NCBI GenBank assembly: GCA_019911865.1
Contig: JAIOJQ010000393.1
Span: 1-55,359 of the forward strand
Length of the DNA stretch: 55,359 nt
Direction: 5' to 3'
From: Thermoanaerobaculia bacterium
GTDB lineage: Bacteria > Acidobacteriota > Thermoanaerobaculia > Multivoradales > JAGPDF01
The position numbers and the translations under genes were made by a program. This document shows positions 50,171 through 55,359 of this stretch, one piece after another. The notes under the pieces are model-generated. The model worked only from the letters and a program-made list of their open reading frames with translations, had not been told where the DNA came from and made no database searches. Position 1 is the stretch's first letter. Every line of letters starts with the position of its first letter.

Positions 50171-50281
50171 CTGGCCTCCCTATGGCCGTAAGGTCCCGCC
50201 CCGGAGGCGGAACAGAGAGGAGCGGAAAGCGCCGGCGGCGCGCTCCGGTTCGCCGACGCGGACGCCGGCGGACGCGAAATC

Positions 50282-50878
50282 CTATCCGAGGTCGGCTTCG
50301 CCCCGCAAATCGAAGCCGTTGAAGCGGTTCATCACCGCTTCGATCCCCTCGGCGAGGAAGAGCTGCTGCGCCTCGACCGCGACCGGAAGAAGGCGCTCGA
50401 GGACCTTCTCCTCGCCGTCGGTGAACGGCGCCAGGACGAAGTCCGCCACGTCGGTTCCGGCCGGCGGCGGCTCCTGCGGCCCGACGCCCAGCCGCAGCCG
50501 CGGCGCCTGGTCGCTGCGCAGATTCTCGATCACCGACTCCATTCCCCGGTGACCGGCCGCTCCCCCGGATGCCCGGGCGCGCAGCCGACCGAGCGGCAGG
50601 GCGACCTCGTCATAGACGAGCAGGACGTCCTGCGGCGCGACGCCGTGGCGATCCGCGAGGCAACGCACGGCGAAGCCACTCCGGTTCATGTAGGTCTGCG
50701 GCAACGCGAGCACGACTCCTTCCGCCGCGCCGAACCTCGCCCCGCACTCTTCCCCGCCGAGCCCGATGCCGAGCCGGCCGGCGAGCGCCTCCACCGCCCG
50801 GAATCCCAGGTTGTGCCGCGTGCGGGCGTAGGACTCGCCCGGATTGCCGAGACCGACGACGAGGCGCGGCGGCGTCAG
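50282..50878 (-). CDS. pth: Peptidyl-tRNA hydrolase
   Basis: RLVVGLGNPGESYARTRHNLGF, MNRSGFAV, DEVALPLGRLRARASGGAAGHRGMES. No ATG/GTG/TTG lies near the conserved N-terminus. CTG at 50878 overlaps the L25 stop (CTGA). The track ORF start at 51118 is an 80-aa Gly/Arg-rich over-extension. Confidence 0.85.
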   Translation of the reverse strand: MTPPRLVVGLGNPGESYARTRHNLGFRAVEALAGRLGIGLGGEECGARFGAAEGVVLALPQTYMNRSGFAVRCLADRHGVAPQDVLLVYDEVALPLGRLRARASGGAAGHRGMESVIENLRSDQAPRLRLGVGPQEPPPAGTDVADFVLAPFTDGEEKVLERLLPVAVEAQQLFLAEGIEAVMNRFNGFDLRGEADLG

Positions 50879-51525
50879 GATTCCTTCGCCTCTTCCTTCT
50901 TGCCCCGCGCCACCACCTCCGGCTCCGCCACCACCGCCGGTGCCACCGCCTCGACGACCTCGGCCCGGGCGTGCTTGACCGAGACGATCACCATGTCGGC
51001 GTCGCTGGTCAGCTCGACGTCCTGCGGCAGGGTCAGCGCGCCGGCTTCCAGGTGCTGGCCGACCCGCAGCTCGGTCACGTCGGCGTGAATCTCCTGCGGA
51101 ATGGTGGCCGGCAGGCACTCGATCTCGACCTCGCGATTGACGAAGTCGAGGACTCCTCCCTCGGTCCTGACGCCATAGGGCGTGCCGTCGAGCACCAAGT
51201 GCACCTTCACGCGCACCCGCTCGGTCATCAGGATGCGCTGGAAGTCGACGTGGACGATCTGGTTGGTCATCGGGTCGAGCTGCAGATCGCGGATCATCGC
51301 GTGCCGGTCCTTGTCGGTGCCGGCGAGCTTGAGCAGAAAGATCCGGTTCTCGTGGCCGCCGCTCTTGAACAGTTCGAGGAGCTGCTTTTTCGGCACCTGG
51401 ATGGAGACCGACTCACGGCCCCCGCCGTAGAGGACGGCCGGGACGAGGTCGGCACGCCGCAGCTGGCGGGCGGCCGACTTTCCGGCGATGTCGCGCTTCT
51501 GGACTTCGATCGTGGTTTCGGACAT
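50875..51525 (-). CDS. rplY: 50S ribosomal protein L25 / general stress protein Ctc (long form)
   Basis: ARQLRRADLVPAVLYGGGRESVSIQV, HVDFQRI. 216 aa. Confidence 0.9.
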   Translation of the reverse strand: MSETTIEVQKRDIAGKSAARQLRRADLVPAVLYGGGRESVSIQVPKKQLLELFKSGGHENRIFLLKLAGTDKDRHAMIRDLQLDPMTNQIVHVDFQRILMTERVRVKVHLVLDGTPYGVRTEGGVLDFVNREVEIECLPATIPQEIHADVTELRVGQHLEAGALTLPQDVELTSDADMVIVSVKHARAEVVEAVAPAVVAEPEVVARGKKEEAKES

Positions 51526-51558
51526 GGCTTCTTCTCTTTCTTCCTTCCGGCTTCGGGG

Positions 51559-52521
51559 TCAGACGAACAGCGAGGATACCGAGCTGTTCTCGTGGATTCT
51601 GCGGATCGCCTCGCCGAGCAGCGGGGCGACGGAGAACGCCCTCAGCTTGGAGCTCTTCTGGAGCTTCTCGTCGAGTGGCGTGGTGTTGGTGATCAGTACG
51701 CTCTCGATCGGCGTCTGCTCGATGCGCTCGAGCGCCGGGCCCGAGAGGACGCCGTGCACGCCGGCGGCGAGAATCCGCCGCGCGCCGCGCGCCTTGAGCG
51801 CTTCGACGGTCTTGGTCAGCGTGCCGGCCGTGTCGATGATGTCGTCGAGGATCAGCGTGTCGCGGCCGTCGACTTCACCGATGATGTGCATCACTTCGGC
51901 GACGTTGGGACCGGTTCGCCGCTTGTCGACGATCGCCAGGCCGACGCCCAGCCGCTTGGCGATCGCCCGCGCCCGTTCGACCCCGCCGGCGTCCGGCGAG
52001 ACGATCATCAGATCGTCGACTCCGAGCTCGCGGATCGCGTCGAGGAGCACCGGCGCGGCGAAGAGGTGATCGACCGGAACGTCGAAGAATCCCTGGATCT
52101 GCGGCGCATGGAGGTCCATCGTCAGCACGCGGTCGGCGCCGGCAGCCGAGATCAGGTCGGCCACCAGCTTGGCGGTGATCGGCACGCGCGGAGCGTCCTT
52201 CTTGTCCTGCCGCGCGTAGCCGTAGTAGGGCAGCACCGCGGTCACCCGCGAGGCGGACGAGCGCTTGAAGGCGTCGAGCATGACCAGCAGCTCGATCAGG
52301 TTCTCGTTGACCGGCCGGCAGGTCGGCTGCACGATGAAGACGTCCGACCCGCGGACGTTCTCCTCGATCTGGCAGAAGGTCTCGCCGTCGGAGAAGTTGT
52401 ACGCCGTCGACCTTCCCTGCTGAATGCCCAGGTAGTCGCAGATTTCGCGGGTAAGCGACGGATGGGCCCGCCCGCCGAAGATCCGGATCTCACCGTAGCT
52501 GTTGCCGTGGCTGGCCTTCAC
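51559..52521 (-). CDS. prs: Ribose-phosphate pyrophosphokinase
   Basis: GTG at 52521, 11 nt after GGAGGAG. IRIFGGRAHPSLTREI, YYGYARQDKK, TMDLHAPQIQGFF, ILDDIIDTAGT. The track ORF runs on across the tRNA-Gln gene. Confidence 0.92.
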   Translation of the reverse strand: MKASHGNSYGEIRIFGGRAHPSLTREICDYLGIQQGRSTAYNFSDGETFCQIEENVRGSDVFIVQPTCRPVNENLIELLVMLDAFKRSSASRVTAVLPYYGYARQDKKDAPRVPITAKLVADLISAAGADRVLTMDLHAPQIQGFFDVPVDHLFAAPVLLDAIRELGVDDLMIVSPDAGGVERARAIAKRLGVGLAIVDKRRTGPNVAEVMHIIGEVDGRDTLILDDIIDTAGTLTKTVEALKARGARRILAAGVHGVLSGPALERIEQTPIESVLITNTTPLDEKLQKSSKLRAFSVAPLLGEAIRRIHENSSVSSLFV

Positions 52522-52570
52522 GCGCGTCGAATCTCCTCCGGGCCGGTGACCGCGGGCGACGTCTCCGGAG

Positions 52571-52645
52571 TGGTTGGGGCGGGAGGATTCGAACCTCCGA
52601 ATGCGAGATCCAAAGTCTCGTGCCTTACCACTTGGCGACGCCCCA
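52571..52645 (-). tRNA. tRNA-Gln (anticodon TTG), CCA encoded
   Basis: The reverse complement reads TGGGGCGTCGCCAAGTGGTAAGGCACGAGACTTTGGATCTCGCATTCGGAGGTTCGAATCCTCCCGCCCCAACCA. Acceptor TGGGGCG/CGCCCCA; anticodon stem CGAGA/TCTCG with loop CTTTGGA; T arm GGAGG-TTCGAAT-CCTCC. Confidence 0.93.
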
Positions 52646-52657
52646 CCGGTCCGGACC

Positions 52658-53014
52658 TCAGCTGACTCCCCAGAACGAATCACGGAGATGCAACCGCTCG
52701 ACCTCTTCGAGGGTGCCATCTCCGTCCTCCACGGCCGGTCGGACGACCGGCTCTGCCCCGTCACCGATCGCGGCCCGATACTCGGCCAGGATCCGGTCCT
52801 CGAACCAGGACCGGGTTTCCTGGTTGAGCGGGTGCGCGATGTCCTTGAACTCCCCGTTCTTCTTGCGGCGTGACGGCATGCTGACGAACAGGCCGTCCTT
52901 GCCCTGGATCACTTTGATGTCGTTGATCATGAAGCGGGAGTCGAGGACCACCGACACGAAGGCCTTGAGCTTCTCTTCGTGCACCGGAAATACCCGGACA
53001 TCCGTGATCTCCAC
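52658..53014 (-). CDS. spoVG: SpoVG-family nucleic-acid-binding regulator
   Basis: GTG at 53014, preceded by GGAGGGGAG. VEITDVRVFPVHEEKLKAFVSVVLDSRFMINDIKVIQGKDGLFVSMPSRRKKNGEFKDIAHPLN. The protein carries a ~25-aa acidic C-terminal tail. Confidence 0.85.
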   Translation of the reverse strand: MEITDVRVFPVHEEKLKAFVSVVLDSRFMINDIKVIQGKDGLFVSMPSRRKKNGEFKDIAHPLNQETRSWFEDRILAEYRAAIGDGAEPVVRPAVEDGDGTLEEVERLHLRDSFWGVS

Positions 53015-53015
53015 G

Positions 53016-53945
53016 TCACTCCCCTCCCCCGGACGCAAGATGACCGCCGGCCGCGCGCCAAGCGACGCGACCGAGCGGTGAAACCCGCCTCCAGACGGTC
53101 CCGGACGGCAACCGGCGCCCGGCTGCGGCGGCGGTCTCGGGGTCGGCGTACAGCGCGAAGAGCGTCGACCCGCTTCCGGACATCCGGACGCGCTCGGCTC
53201 CGGAGTCAACCAGCGAAGTATACAACGCGCCCAGCTCGGGGCGGATGGCGAACGCCGGCGCTTCGAGGTCGTTGCGGCCGATCAGTTCCTCGATCCCGAC
53301 CGGCGCGCCGGCGACGAGGGATGCGACCCCGGCGGGCAAGTCGGGCGGCTCGCCCTCGCCGTGCCAGCGGGCGAAGACCTCGGCGGTCGAGAGCGGGAAG
53401 GGCGGGATGGCGAGCATGAGCGTTCGCCCGCCGGCCAACGGCCGAACCCCGTCCGGCAGCGCCTCGATGCGGTCGCCGCGGCCCCGACCGAGCGCCGTGC
53501 CGCCGACGAGGAAGAAGGGGACGTCGGCGCCGAGGGGGACCGCCAGCGCCCGCAGCCGGGCCGAGACTTCGGCACTGTGCGGATCGAGCCCCGCCAGCTC
53601 GGCGAGCGCCAGCAGTACCGTGGCGGCGTCGGCGCTGCCGCCTCCCAGCCCGCCGCCCGCCGGAATCCCCTTTTCGAGCTCGATGCGGACACCGGCGAAC
53701 GGTGCCTCCGGAAAGGCGGCGAGAAAACTCTCCGCGGCGCGCCATGCGAGGTTGCGGGCGTCGGCGGGAAGGCCGCCGCCGAGAATGCCCAGCTCGACCC
53801 CCGGGACCGGCCGCGGACCGATCCGCAAGCGGTCGGGCAGGTCGATGGTCTGGAACAGGGTGAGCAGCTCGTGGAACCCGTCTCCGCGCCGGCCGAGGAC
53901 CGCCAGGTGGAGGTTCAGCTTGGCGAAGCTAGAGAAGGTCCGCAT
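53016..53945 (-). CDS. ispE: 4-diphosphocytidyl-2-C-methyl-D-erythritol kinase
   Basis: ATG at 53945 gives MRTFSSFAKLNLHLAVLGRRGDGFHEL... GHMP kinase motif KGIPAGGGLGGGSADAA. The track ORF is 79 codons too long. Confidence 0.88.
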   Translation of the reverse strand: MRTFSSFAKLNLHLAVLGRRGDGFHELLTLFQTIDLPDRLRIGPRPVPGVELGILGGGLPADARNLAWRAAESFLAAFPEAPFAGVRIELEKGIPAGGGLGGGSADAATVLLALAELAGLDPHSAEVSARLRALAVPLGADVPFFLVGGTALGRGRGDRIEALPDGVRPLAGGRTLMLAIPPFPLSTAEVFARWHGEGEPPDLPAGVASLVAGAPVGIEELIGRNDLEAPAFAIRPELGALYTSLVDSGAERVRMSGSGSTLFALYADPETAAAAGRRLPSGTVWRRVSPLGRVAWRAAGGHLASGGGE

Positions 53946-54663
53946 ATCGGCACTCCGCCAGTCCCTCCGGCGCCGCCGGTAGGCGCGGCTCGAGCCCCAA
54001 CGGCTCGCGCGACACCGCTCGCCAGAAGAGCTCGATGATCCCCTCTGTTTCGACCCGCAGGCGCGCGCCTCCCTCCTCGCGCACCCAGCTGAGCGGGCGC
54101 TCGCCGGCCACCTCGCGGCGCCAGCGCACCAGCCGGCCGCCCGCCAGAATCCCTTCCCACCGGCGCCCGGTTGCGTCGTCATAGGCGAAGGGACCGCCGC
54201 CGAGCTGCGGCTTCTCGCCCGCCGCCGGAGCGCTCGGCAGCCGCTCGAGCAGCAGGGCGGGCAGATCGCGCGCCGGCATGCCGAACCCGAGTCGCGGCCA
54301 CGGCCGGGACGCCTCCGGATCCAGGCGGCAGGTCTCGCCGCCCCGGTCCCGCCAGACTCCGACTGCGCCGTGTACCGTCAGCGTCCAGAGCGAGCGCCCG
54401 AGCGGGTCGGCCGCCGCCAGCTCGAAGTGACCGGCATCGCGCAGCCGCAGCGTCAGGCGGAGCGAGCCGTCGTCGACCCCGGCGCGGATCTGCAGTCGGA
54501 AGAGCTGCTGGGTCCCCAGGTCGGCGGCCGGAATCTGCCACGGCGCCGCCGGGTCGGCCGCCTCGCGGCGGTCGACCATGCCGCTGCGACAGCCGACAGT
54601 CGGCCCCAGCAAGAGGAGGATCAGGGCGAGCGCGCCGCGCCAGCGGCGAAGCCGCGGGATCAG
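53929..54663 (-). CDS. Putative outer-membrane lipoprotein in the LolB position (LolB/DUF4292-like by context)
   Basis: It lies immediately upstream of ispE, as lolB does in proteobacteria. Extending the track ORF (TTG at 54612) to CTG at 54663 gives (L)IPRLRRWRGALALILLLLGPTVG|CRS, a complete lipoprotein signal peptide with a lipobox Cys. The family call rests on context and predicted beta-rich sequence only. Confidence 0.5.
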   Translation of the reverse strand: MIPRLRRWRGALALILLLLGPTVGCRSGMVDRREAADPAAPWQIPAADLGTQQLFRLQIRAGVDDGSLRLTLRLRDAGHFELAAADPLGRSLWTLTVHGAVGVWRDRGGETCRLDPEASRPWPRLGFGMPARDLPALLLERLPSAPAAGEKPQLGGGPFAYDDATGRRWEGILAGGRLVRWRREVAGERPLSWVREEGGARLRVETEGIIELFWRAVSREPLGLEPRLPAAPEGLAECRYADLL

Positions 54664-55359
54664 GGCCGATCCTCGAGCTCGGCCAGCTTACGTGCCGCTG
54701 CCTCGCCGTCCGGCCCGCCGAGTCGCGTCGCTTCCCGATAGGCCCTCGCCGCCCGGTCACGCGCTCCGGTGGCGAGCAGCGCGTCACCGAGATGGTAGCG
54801 CACGGTGGCATCCTCCGGCAGCAGCCGGGCAGCGCGCTCGAGCGCCGCCACCGCCTCGGCGAAGCGGCCCAGCCGGAAAAATCCCCAGCCGAGCGAATCG
54901 ACGTAGGCGCCGTTGTCCGGGTCGATCCGCACCGCCCGGTCCACCATGGCCAGCGCCTCGTCGACCCGCTCGCCCCGCTCGATCCAGAGGTATCCCAGGT
55001 AGTTGAGCGCCGGGGCGAAATCCGGCACCGCCTCGAGAATGCGGCCGAACTGCTCGATCGCCTCGCCGGACCGGCCGCCGCGCTCGAGCGCCGTGGCGAG
55101 CCGGAACGACGCTTCGAGGTCGTCGGGATCGGCCGCCACGGCGCGTTCGAGGACGGCGATGGCGCCCGGCCAGTCTCCGCGCGCCGCGTGCACCGCCCCG
55201 AGCGCCACCAGCGCCTCGCCTCCCTGGCGCTCGAGCTCGCTCGCCTCGCCTGCCGCCTCCGCCCCCCTTCCGGCGTCGAGCAGCAGGCCGACGCGCATCG
55301 CCGCCAGGCGCGGGCGAGCCGGATCGGCGGCACCGAGCCAGGCCAGCGCCTCGTCGGTC
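54660..55359 (-). CDS. TPR-repeat protein (probably partial; frame is open to the window edge)
   Basis: Repeats such as ALVALGAVHAARGDWPGAIAVLERAVAADPDD, APALNYLGYLWIERGERVDEALAMVDRAVRIDPDN and YVDSLGWGFFRLGRFAEAVAALERAARLLPED. In-frame sequence upstream of ATG at 55298 (TDEALAWLGAADPARPRLAA) still looks like coding sequence. Confidence 0.65.
   Translation of the reverse strand, partial: TDEALAWLGAADPARPRLAAMRVGLLLDAGRGAEAAGEASELERQGGEALVALGAVHAARGDWPGAIAVLERAVAADPDDLEASFRLATALERGGRSGEAIEQFGRILEAVPDFAPALNYLGYLWIERGERVDEALAMVDRAVRIDPDNGAYVDSLGWGFFRLGRFAEAVAALERAARLLPEDATVRYHLGDALLATGARDRAARAYREATRLGGPDGEAAARKLAELEDRP

Noticed and set aside
54179-55333. 384-aa minus-strand ORF overlapping the TPR gene and the lipoprotein gene
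   Set aside because: It is an off-frame reading of the two real genes. The translation is Arg/Ser/Pro-rich junk, while the other frame gives canonical TPR repeats and a lipoprotein signal peptide.

Overview
High-GC (about 70% by eye), very gene-dense bacterial chromosomal DNA made of core housekeeping genes. The host is a diderm, LPS-making bacterium: lpxB, msbA, TolC, an OstA/LptC-like protein and a LolB-position lipoprotein are all present. The content resembles Acidobacteriota or Myxococcota genomes, but that is only a guess. I call 54 protein genes, 52 of them on the minus strand; only a Leu/Phe/Val dehydrogenase and PBP1A are on plus. I also call 2 tRNAs (Leu-CAA on plus, Gln-TTG on minus) and a type-A RNase P RNA on minus that the ORF track cannot show. 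Reading the minus strand from right to left, the blocks are: TPR / LolB-like lipoprotein / ispE / spoVG / tRNA-Gln / prs / L25 / pth; rpsF-rpsR-rplI plus a methyltransferase; uvrB-uvrC; a J-like/TPR protein; rnpB; ldcA / cNMP-FHA / recG / GT4; trpS-scpA-scpB-rluB-cmk; then rpsA-ihf-lpxB-msbA-DUF374-yicC-gmk-rpoZ-coaBC-udg-pepA-oppDF, a tolC-yip1-macA-macB efflux operon, carD, priA, accA, recJ and an edge-truncated OstA/LptC-like gene. The ORF track reports the longest ATG/GTG/TTG ORF, so many listed ORFs are 5'-over-extended or are fusions. I re-set starts using conserved N-termini, ribosome-binding sites and stop/start overlaps. Most long plus-strand ORFs are antisense shadows of minus-strand genes. 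I found no CRISPR array, transposase, integrase, prophage, or recognisable defence or toxin module, and no obvious low-GC island. I therefore do not see a convincing self-contained novel system. The observations most worth follow-up are: (1) pervasive 4-nt stop/start overlaps, including three junctions that seem to need CTG initiation; (2) rnpB wedged between protein genes, with a false ATG start inside it; (3) a cNMP-binding/FHA fusion coupled to ldcA and recG; (4) a Yip1-family membrane protein inside a TolC-MacAB operon; (5) a DUF4388/J-like (HPS instead of HPD)/TPR protein; (6) -10 boxes positioned for leaderless transcripts; (7) a methyltransferase appended to the S6-S18-L9 operon.
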